Source of the DNA: Octopus sinensis
Lineage: Eukaryota
DNA: 64,000 nucleotides
NCBI RefSeq assembly: GCF_006345805.1
Contig: NC_043011.1
Span: forward strand, 29,152,464 to 29,216,463
Reading direction: 5' to 3'
In this document: piece by piece, positions 52,972-64,000 of the stretch
Numbering within the stretch: the first letter of the stretch is position 1
Layout of the letters: each line of letters starts with the position of its first letter
Position numbers and translations under genes: made by a program
The notes under the pieces: model-generated
Seen by the model: only the letters and a program-made list of their open reading frames with translations
Databases searched by the model: none
Told to the model about the DNA's origin: nothing

Positions 52972-53163
52972 ATTATAATTTAGGGTATTACGCTGGAAAT
53001 AGCAGCCTAAACTTGAGTCTAAAACCAGTAATTTTTTTGCTAGTTTATTTTGTCTCTTTGTCTTCACTTCTGGTGCTGTATGAACATTTAATGTGGGTTT
53101 AGAGTCAAGTTTTGGCTGCTATTTCCAGCGTGGTGATATCTCTTAGATACCCTAAATTATAAT
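52972..53163. mobile_element. Small MITE-like inverted repeat
   Basis: 52972-53026 pairs with 53096-53163 (attataatttagggtat..cgctggaaatagcagcc.aaacttga.tctaaa). Confidence 0.6.
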
Positions 53164-53556
53164 ATGTATATATATATACATATACATATATGTAACACAT
53201 ACAAACACTGACTACATTAATCTGTTTGTGAAAAAAAACTATTTCATTTTAAGGAATCCCATTTTTCTCAGAAGTAATACATGACCTTGTTATGTATACA
53301 TACATTGTTTACCCATCGTTTGTTGACAAATCTTTATAAAGATGAAATTGAATTTTGATCCAGGATATGTTTGTTATATCATACAGGAAATATTTAGTTT
53401 CCACTGAGCGGCATTCAGATCTCTAACTTTGTAATGTAATATATGCTATGTTTGCTTGTCAATGTATTTTATATATGCATGTGTGTGTGTGTGTACATAT
53501 ATATACAAATGCATATACATATGTGTGTGTGTATGGATGTATGTATGCATCTATGT

Positions 53557-53593
<37 letters not shown>

Positions 53594-54049
53594 CATACAT
53601 ATATACATATACATACATACATGCATTTGTATATGCAAATGTGCAAATATACATGCATGCATACATATATATATATGAATGTATAACTGAATCTATTTGA
53701 TATGTAGACAATTGTGTGTGTATATATAAAGATGTGTATGTATGTACATATACACACACACATATATACATATATATTTATATATATCATCGTCATCATC
53801 ACCACCATATATATACATATATATACAAATACATATACATATGTGTGTGTGTATGGATGTATGTATGCATCTATGTATGCAGAGAGAGAGAGAGAGATAC
53901 ATACATATATACATATACATACATACATGCATTTGTATATGCAAATGTGCAAATATACACGCATGCATACATATATATATGAATGTATAACTGAATCTAT
54001 TTGATATGTAGACAATTGTGTGTGTATATATAAAGATGTGTATGTATGT

Positions 54050-54092
<43 letters not shown>

Positions 54093-54119
54093 CATATATA
54101 TTTATATATATCACCGTCA

Positions 54120-55215
54120 TCATCACCACCATTTAACATCTGTTTTCCATGCTGGCATGGGGTGGATGGTTTGACTGAGGGCTGGAGAGCCAGCAGCTGC
54201 ACCAGGTTCCATTTGATCTGGCAATGTTTCTACAGCTGGATGCCCTTCCTAACACCAACCACTCTGAGAGTGTAGTGGGTGCTTTTGACATGCCACCAGT
54301 ACTGGAGTCAGTCAGGCAGGCCTGGCATCGATCACTTTCAGATAAAGCTTTTTACATGTCACTGGCACAGGGACAAGACATGGGAGACTGGCCAGGGGGC
54401 AAGTCATGGGGTACTGGCATCGGCCACTTTTGGATGGTGCACTTTATGTGCCACTGGCATGGGAGCCAGTCAGGCAGACCTGGCATCAACCACATTCAGT
54501 TGGTGCCTTTTACTTGCCACCAGCATGGGAGCCAGTCAGGGGGCACTGGCCACAGCTAAGATATTGGTTTTACTTGACTCAACAAGTCTCCTCAAGCATA
54601 TCATATCACCCAATGCATCAGGGGTATTCTTAACAGGGCCAGACATGTGTGACTGCGATCTCACTTTAGTTGTCAAGTTTTCTCAATCACAACATATTTC
54701 CAAAGGTCTCAGTCTCTTGTCATTGCCTCTATCAAGCCCAATGTTCAAAGGTCATGCTTCACCACCTCATCCCATGTCTTCCTGGGTCTACCTCTTCCAC
54801 AGTTAGGGAGTGTCACTTCCTCACACAGCTGTCCTCATTCATACATAACACATCACCATACCAGTGCAGTTGCCTCTCTTGCACACCACAGTTGATGCTT
54901 CTTATGCCCAACTTTTCTCTCAGGGTGCTAATACTCTGTCATGTATGCACACTGATATTACACATCCAGCTGATCATACTAGCTTCATTTCTTTCAAGCC
55001 TATGCATGTCCTCAGCATTCATGGCTTATGTTTCACAGCCATGTAGCATGGCACTTCACATGCATGCATCATACAGTCTACCTTTCATCTTGAGCAAGAT
55101 GCCCTTAGTTGCCAGCAGAGGTAAGTGCCCCCTGAATTTTGCCCAGGCTGTTCTTACTCTAGCAACTACACTTTCAGAGCAACCACTCCCACTACACACT
55201 ATTAACTGCTTCTAG
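54120..55215 (-). mobile_element. RTE-clade LINE 3' fragment
   Basis: ARVRTAWAKFR..LPLL.....KMKGRLYDAC..SAMLHGCET*A....RLERNEASM..WMC..S...LREKLGI...QLHWYG; related (GAT)n-tailed 3' pieces at ~39425-39860, 43830-44050, 50790-51150, 63700-63960. Confidence 0.85.
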
Positions 55216-55474
55216 TTCCTCCCCTTGGCATGTGAGAGTATCTGTTTTGTGTACATCTTCAGTGCTTATTGCCCCTGTGCATCTGCCACACACAAAAACT
55301 ATTTTCCCGGTTAACCTTCCTTATATATTGCTGCACCTTTTATGTGTCCATAGCTTATATATATATATATTTATATACATATATATATATATATATATAG
55401 GCAGAGAGAGAGAGATACATACATGTATGTATGTGTATATATATGCACACACGTACAAGCATAATGCATACATT

Positions 55475-55510
<36 letters not shown>

Positions 55511-55551
55511 TACACACGCATTCATCTGTATAGATACATGTAAGTATAAGC

Positions 55552-55697
<146 letters not shown>

Positions 55698-56417
55698 GTG
55701 ATCCTGGATGATAACAATGCATCACTGTGATTCCACCATTTATTGGTGATTCCCAGCTTGTGGCCAATGGCACCTTTGCATCACTCAGGCAACAGCCTTC
55801 CAACCTATGGGTTTGTTTGTGTTGTCGAGTTCACAATGCAAACCCTACCTCAATCTTTTTTAGTCGCTATTTACAATGCACAGAGGAAGCATTGGGTCTA
55901 TTCTTTGAGATACTGGTTCCCTCACACAGCACTAAACCTGTGTGAAATAATGTGTTTTGTTCAAGAACACAACACACCACCTGTCCAGGACTTGAACCCA
56001 CCATCTGGCAATCGTGAAAGCAACACCCTCACCATCAGGCCATGAACTTTCACTAAGTGTAAGCTAGATGCATATAAATACATAAACTTTTTTTTTTTTA
56101 AATAAAGCTATGAAGTACCCCATGATATTATATTTGTTGTCTGTATGGATGGATATGAATGAGATTTGATGCGATTATTCAATGTCAAGAGTTTGCTTTT
56201 GCTAAATATATTTTTTAAAGATTACACAGAAAATGGAAAGCCATAGGCAAGAATTGCATAAAACATAGCTTATCTTCAGGGAGAAGATAAATTAAAGAAA
56301 GATAATTGCTCAAAATACAGAAAAATATTAAGAAAATAAATAAGAAGAAAAAATAGCTCAAGAAATATGAACAAGATAACTAATAAAAAAAATTATATAT
56401 GCTATCAAAAACTTTTA

Positions 56418-56496
<79 letters not shown>

Positions 56497-56502
56497 TATA
56501 TG

Positions 56503-56533
<31 letters not shown>

Positions 56534-56751
56534 CATACATATATATATAACACACACACACATATATTATACATACATACACATACATATACAAATATAT
56601 ATGCATACATACATCATCATCATGCATACATACATACATACATACAGACATACATACATGCATGCATGCATGCATGCATGCATACATACATACATACATA
56701 CATATATATATTATATATATATATATTTATATATTATATATATATATATAA

Positions 56752-56833
<82 letters not shown>

Positions 56834-57776
56834 TATACACGTATATATATCACACATTCTCCTTATCTTCCCTTTCACCTCACACTCACACCTACCACAT
56901 CCTCCTCCCATCTATGATTTCCTCTCACATACAATGTAACTACACCTACACACCATCCTCTCACACTATCCCATACCACTTCACTCCTATTCTTCAATAC
57001 CCCCATACATCTAAACAAACCCCAAGAAACCATACACACCCCATACCACACACACACACACACACGTGTGCTCATTCCTCTATCACACCTCTATACCTGG
57101 CTACCCTCATATTCATACACACTCTACTCAGCCTCCACCTTTCTTTCTCCTCCCTCCCATAGAACCACACCCCCAGCAGGCATCCAACTTTCGTTTTCCA
57201 ACCACCCATTCATAGTTTTTAATTTTCTCCACCATATATTCTCATTCTTTTATTTTATTCTGATGAAGAATCAGTGTGCAAAATGTCAATACTCTTTCCC
57301 TTCATTTTATAAAATCTGACCCTCCTGTGTAGTCTTCTCTTTGTGCTCATTGCCTAATATGTGTGCATGTGAGAGAGAGAAAGAGAGTGGGACAGAGAGA
57401 ATGAGAGAGGGAGAGAGAGTCTATACTTTTGGTGCAGGTGTAGCACTGTACTTACCAAGTTTGCTTTGCTACAACACAGTTCCAGGTTTGATTCCATTAT
57501 GTGTTACTTTGAGAAAGTGTTTTCATCTCACGTGGAGGTGCTAAAAAGGTCCTAGCTTTAAGGGTATCACAAAGGCCTTGTTAGAAGTCCAACCTTCCGA
57601 GTTCTTTTACAAGACTGCTGCAATAAGTGAATCTGAGAGGGGAATATGTTTTATAAAATCATAATCCATTAATTCCATTTGTATTTCCTTTTGCCCAAAG
57701 CCAAGAACTTTTCAGCAACCCTTCATATATGAGTATGTGTGTGTATGCATATATATATATACACATATATATATAT

Positions 57777-58168
57777 AGGAGTGGCTGTGTGATAAGTAGC
57801 TTGCTTACCAACCACATGGTTCTGGGTTCAGTCCCCGTGAGTGGCACCTTGTGCAAGTGTCTTCTACTATAGCCTCAGGCTGATCAAAACCTTGTGAGTG
57901 GATTTGGTAGATGGAAACTGAAAGAAGCCCGTCGTATATGTATGTGTGTGTGTGTGTGTGTGTGTGTTTGTGTGTCTGTATTTGTCCCCCCAACATCACT
58001 TGACAACTGATGCTGGTGTATTTACATCCCTGTAACTTAGTGGTTCGACAAAAGAGACCAATAGACTAAGTACTAGGCTTACAAAGAATAAGTCCTGGGG
58101 TCGATTTGCTCAACTAAAGGCGATGCTCCAGCATGGCCACAGTCACATGATTGAAACAAATAAAAGAG
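57777..58168 (+). mobile_element. SINE family A
   Basis: Full-length homology. Confidence 0.85.
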
Positions 58169-58528
58169 TATATATATATACACACACGAGGGGTGCAAAA
58201 AAATTCCTGGCTTAAGGGTATCATAGAAAGCCTGGCTGGAAGCCCAACTTTCTGAGTTCTTTTACAGGGCTTAGAAAAATTGAAGGACTCCTGCAATACA
58301 TGTGTGAATCTGAGAGGAGGATATGTTAAATAAAATCCTAATTAACTGATCCTCCTGTATTTTCTGTTACTCAAAGCCAAGAACTTTTCAGCACTCCCTC
58401 ATATCTTCATATTGTTAGCTGATACCCTGTGAGTGAAATTTGGTAAATGGAAACTGTACTGAAGGTTGTTTTACATATATGTGTATATCATCATCATTTA
58501 ACATTTGTTTTACAACAAAGGCATAATT

Positions 58529-58616
<88 letters not shown>

Positions 58617-60292
58617 AATTTACCAATACTGTTTTTGTCCATAGGGTAAATGTGGTTTCATTGTTGTAGTTTAATTAATAATGTTAGTGTTTAATCCTTC
58701 CTAGAATTAAGATTGAATAAATGTGGTGATATCTAAGGTATGTTTGTTCCCAAACAACACTTCTTTTAGTGCTGTTGACACTGCCGGATTGAATGGTACT
58801 GCTACGGTGTCGAAACCATAGGGATATCTGTGGGACAGCTGATGATGGAGGTGTGTTGGATTGTTGGTATTGTATGAGCAGAATAGTTTTATACGACATC
58901 CATATATATGTATATAGATAGATAGATAGTTGGATGGATGGCTGAATGGATGGATGGATGTATATACATGTGTGTATGTGTGTGCGTGCGTGTATATATA
59001 TGTGTGTGTGTGTGTCTTATGTTTGTGTTTGTCCTTCTTCAGTGTTTGATATGGCAATGGTTTGTTAATGACCCGATAGTTTTGCAGCTTGGCATAAAGT
59101 GACCAATAGAACAAGTACCAGACTTTAAAAAATATATGTACAGAGGTTGATTTGTGTAACTAGAACACTTCAACATGGTTGCACCAGCATGGCTGCAGTC
59201 CAATGATTGCAACAAGTAAAAGACAAAATATATATACATATATGCACTCATATAAGCTTGGTCATACTTTACCATTCAGCCATGTCTGAAGGTTGTTAAT
59301 TTACCTCTCCCATTCTAGAATGTTCTAAGCAGTGAAACTGTTCAATAATATTAATTAACTTTTATGAAATTGTAATATTCTTTTCTACTCTAAGCACAAG
59401 TCCTGAAATTTTTGGGGAGGGGGCCAGTCAGTTAGATTGATCCCAGTACACAACTGGTAATTAATTTATTGACCCCGAAAGGATGAAAGATAAAGTCGAC
59501 CTCAGCAGAATTCGAACTCAGAATGTAATGACGGGCAAAATACCACTAAGCATTTCGCCCAGCATATTTGCATTTCTGCTAGCTCACTGCCCAATGAGAC
59601 TGTAATATTTTTTCTACTCTAGGCACAAGGCCTGAAATTTTTTTAGTGGGGAGGCAGTCAGTTAGATCGACCCCCTTATGCAATTGGTACTTAATTTATC
59701 AACCCCGAAAAGATGAAAGGCAAAGTCTACCTCAACAGAATTTGAACTCAGAACATAAAGACAGACGAAATACTACAAAGCATTTTGCTTGGTGTGCTAA
59801 TGTTTATGCCAGCTTGCCACCCTGTGAGACTCTAATATTAAATGAATAATATAAAGAAAAAGTGTGTTTTTATTTGTGTCAGTGACTGTTTGTGCACATC
59901 AGTTTAAACCAGTGTTTTAAACTACAAATGAATATCTGTGTGTGTGTGTGGAGAGAGAGGGAGTGTCACATTAATGGATTCTTAGATGACTATATGCATA
60001 TAAATATATATATATGTATGTGTAATTTTATATACAATTTTAAATATATGTATAATTCTAAAGATGTGTGTGTGTATATATACATACATATATGTGTGTT
60101 TGCATACATATATACATATAAGTATATACACATACACACACAATGTCTGTTTATATATATATATATACACACAGAGAAATATACACATACATGCACACAT
60201 ACATGCATACATACATACATACAAACATGCATACGTACATACATACATACATACACACATACATACATACATACATACATACATACATACAT

Positions 60293-60323
<31 letters not shown>

Positions 60324-60665
60324 TACATACATACACATGCACGCACCCACATACTATCCCATTGATATTGATTAAATTTTGTTTATTTGCCTTGTAATGT
60401 GTGATGTGCTTTTTATTCACCTGAAAAATTAACAAGTTGCCAGAATTTTTTTTTCAAATAATAAAAAAAAAAGAAATATTAATAACGAAATTAACTATAA
60501 AAACATTTTACACCTTTGAAAATTAGATTAGCAGGAAAATAACAAAAAACAATGTTGTTTACAATATATCATGGATATTTCCCCCATATATATGTGTGTG
60601 AGTGTGTGTGTGTGTCTGTGTGTGTGTGTGTGTTTTATGTGTTCATATTTGTATCTATGTGTACA

Positions 60666-60723
<58 letters not shown>

Positions 60724-60775
60724 ATATATACACACATACATATATATGCCTATATAACTCAATATATATATATAT

Positions 60776-61414
60776 TATATAAGAAAAAGGGACAGGCAAA
60801 CAGGTTGCTTGACCGCATACCGAAAAAATAGAAATAGCAGTCAAGAATGCTTATTTCTATCAAAGTTGGACTCCGGGCATGACAAACCCTGTAATTCACA
60901 TATGCAAAACAGTTTTCACTCCCTTATGACAACCTAATTGTTCCCCATCTTATGGAACTATTTTTGTAATGCGCATGGCAAAATTTTGGAGGGAAGATTT
61001 ACGAATTCAAACGTCTATGTAGGTTTAGCTTTTGCTCACTTTCTTCAAATATTTTGATGTCGCATGGTCAGAAGGTTTGAGGTACGTAGCATTTGATAAA
61101 TCTATGATAAATCTTTTTCAATGGAAAGCTGTGCTGAAGAAGGATGTGAAATATATATGCAATGTATATGAAATATATATCAAAAATATATATGAAATAT
61201 ATATTCAATATGTTTATAATCCAGAAACATGATGTTCACAGATAACCGCCAGACTTCGTATTCGTTATCTATTCCTTCTGTTTTGCATATGTGAATTACA
61301 GGGTTTGTCATGCCCGGAGTCCAACTTTGATAGAAATAAGCATTCTTGACTGCTATTTCTATTTTTTCGGTATGCGGTCAAGCAACCTGTTTGCCTGTCC
61401 CTTTTTCTTATATA
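60776..61414. mobile_element. MITE/fold-back element with perfect 137-bp TIRs
   Basis: 60776-60912 is the exact reverse complement of 61278-61414; in a (TA)n context. Confidence 0.8.
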
Positions 61415-61584
61415 CAATATATATACTGAACTTTACAGAAGTTCCTGCCGGTAATCGGCTATATTTACATACCGAATTCTACCAGTAAATAATTGGGGTT
61501 TTTTTAAAAGCCTTTATAGAAATTATTTACTCTTATTATTATATATATATATATATATATATACATGTTTATATATGTATATGC

Positions 61585-61625
<41 letters not shown>

Positions 61626-62639
61626 TACATGTATATATGTACATATATATATATGTATATACATACACGTGTTTGTATATATGTATATATATATATATGT
61701 ATATACATACATGTGTTTGTATATATGTATATATATATATATATTTCTAGTTACATATAAATGTATGTGTGTGTGTGTATCAGTGATTTTAGTTTGTTCT
61801 TATCTGTCCCAAGCCGGCTTCTAGTAAACTCAGTCATGGCTGCAAGCTCAGCTGATTTGTACATAAAAACATGCTTAAAATTATATATATATTTATATAT
61901 ATATATATATATATTTATACATTCATACATGTCCACACACACTCACACATATATATATATGCATATAGTTTTACTATCGATTTGTTAAGAAATTTTTGAT
62001 TTCAAGGACTCACTTTTGATTTTAGTTATTCTCGTCTGCTGCAGATCAGTAGAGAAGTGCGCAATTATTTCTTGCAATGATATAATGCAGGATATACATA
62101 CAAGGCAGGAAGTCAATGAGATGCTTAAACCATTAAGAAAAATCAATTGAATATGTCTGCATCCATCATCGATCAAGCTGATGTCATCAATAAATCTGAT
62201 ACAGAGCTCCAGGCTGGCTCCAAGTTAAAATATTGACTGATAAGATATCAAAGAAAAAAATGAATAAATAAAGATATAAAACTAAAACAGATAGAAAAAA
62301 AATATAAATAAATCGTTGAATTTAGAGTATCGCTGGAGGTATTTCCTGCAGGAAGTTCAAAGTTAAAAGTTCTTCTCCATTAGAATGTTTCTTTAACATT
62401 TTGGTGATTAATCTTTGAGACTTGAAGCAAAGGGATTTAAATGATAAAAAAATACCCCAGAAAAGATGACGTTTGTTGATGATGATGATGATGATGATGA
62501 TGGAGATGATATTGTTGATGATGGTGTTTAACCTGAAGTTAGATTTGATGGAGCAGAATTAGGATCAAAGATTTTCTAGTTGTGACATAGGACTTCATTA
62601 TACTGTATGTAGCTTTGTTTGATTTAGAATAGGTATGCA

Positions 62640-63110
62640 GTGTGCATCATGGATTCTCCTGTTGTAGATGAAAGATGTGGGTTCTGCAAATTCTTGCGGA
62701 ACATACCTGCACATGTGATTTGCATATAGAGATTTACCATCTTACTAACAATAACTCTGAGCACCTTTTCAAACTCCACCTGTCTTACACCCGTGGACAT
62801 GTTTACAAAGTCAGAAAACAGCACAGCTCCCAAGACTTTCAGAAACATTTTCTCACGCTAAGAGTTGCTGAAGCATGGAACAAACTGCTGACATCAGTTG
62901 TTAGTTGTCGAAGCACTGCATCCTTCAAAACTTCCATGCTTCCTGAGATTCGCCAACACTACACCTGATTTTCTCCCCTCCATACATACGCAAGCATGTA
63001 TCTGACTCATACACTGTTCACTTTCCAGACATTTGTACATTACTGCATATGCTTTATATGCACTTTTTAACAAGCTGTGGTGCACCTGAGCACTGTATAC
63101 AATAATTTCG

Positions 63111-63144
<34 letters not shown>

Positions 63145-63145
63145 C
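62640..63145 (+). mobile_element. CR1-type LINE 3' end
   Basis: TRGHVYKVRKQHSSQDFQKHFLTLRVAEAWNKLL C-terminal motif, 3' UTR and (ATT)n tail. Confidence 0.85.
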
Positions 63146-64000
63146 AATATTATTAAATATATGAGCTGCACATAACTTACCTCTTCCATCAAATTGACAT
63201 CGCCTGTACTGGTGCACGGTGTGCCAGACATCAGATGTTGAAGTGATCACAGGGCAACAAGAGATGAAGTGTCTTGCTCAGGGTCATGATGCACTACCTG
63301 GACCAGGAATCGAAACTATGATCTTGTGACCGTGGGTGCAGTACCCAAACCACAAGGCTACTCTCCAGTTGTCTCAACACAAAACATAGACTTAGCAGCT
63401 GTTTTTGGCAATCGAGTGACCATGTGGTGTATTATTACACTACATTGGAGTATTATCGTTGTTGTTATTGTTTGGTCCTTGGTCAGCCTTGGTCGGGCTG
63501 ATCTCTGATCACAGGCATTCCGGCCATGACTATCTCATCTTTGTAACAGCATGAATTAAATAATGCAGTTGTCCTCAAATGGGTTTGTACAACCCATATG
63601 GATCCATATGACCCCTAGAGGTCCATATAAAATTTCTGGGGGTTTCACACAAATGAAATAGTAAATTGGGGATTCACAGTAGTATTTTAAGGGTTCATCA
63701 TCATCATCATCATCATCATCTTTTTTCTATGCTGGCATAGGTTGGACGGTTTGACTAAAAACTGGTAAACTGGGGAGCTGCACCAAATTCCAATTTGATT
63801 TGGCATGGTTTTCTGTGGCTGGATGCCTTTCCTTATGCCAACCACTCAAAGAGTGAAGTGGGTGCTTTCTACATGCCACCAGCACATGTACCAGTTACAT
63901 GACCCCAGCATCAGCCACAGCTATGATCTCTTTTGGCTTGACAGGTCTTCTTAAGCATCATGTATCGCCAAAGAATAAGTCCTGGGGTTGATTTGCTTGA

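Noticed and set aside
62330-62600. His/Ser-rich minus-strand reading around (GAT)n
   Set aside because: Stops in all frames; driven by the trinucleotide repeat

Overview
AT-rich, microsatellite- and transposon-dense animal DNA. The SINE families look octopus/cephalopod-like (my inference, no database check). I can support no intact protein-coding gene; nearly all listed ORFs are microsatellite or TE artefacts. The first 27.5 kb hold a rearranged cluster of six full-length U1 snRNA genes (five on -, one on +), built from tandem, dispersed and inverted duplications. All six share an unusual U1-70K loop and an unusual Sm site. U1 copies 5 and 6 form a ~1.55-kb-arm palindrome with a Penelope GIY-YIG fragment at the inner junction. 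The strongest non-obvious signal is a full-consensus type I hammerhead ribozyme (12459-12530) in a 384-bp tandem repeat inserted into the (TA)n tract of a SINE, a retrozyme-like element. Several Penelope-type minimal or decayed hammerheads also occur. The rest is SINEs, Mariner/Tc1/Tigger, Helitron, Gypsy, Tx1, RTE and CR1 remnants and MITEs. TE boundaries are approximate unless stated otherwise.
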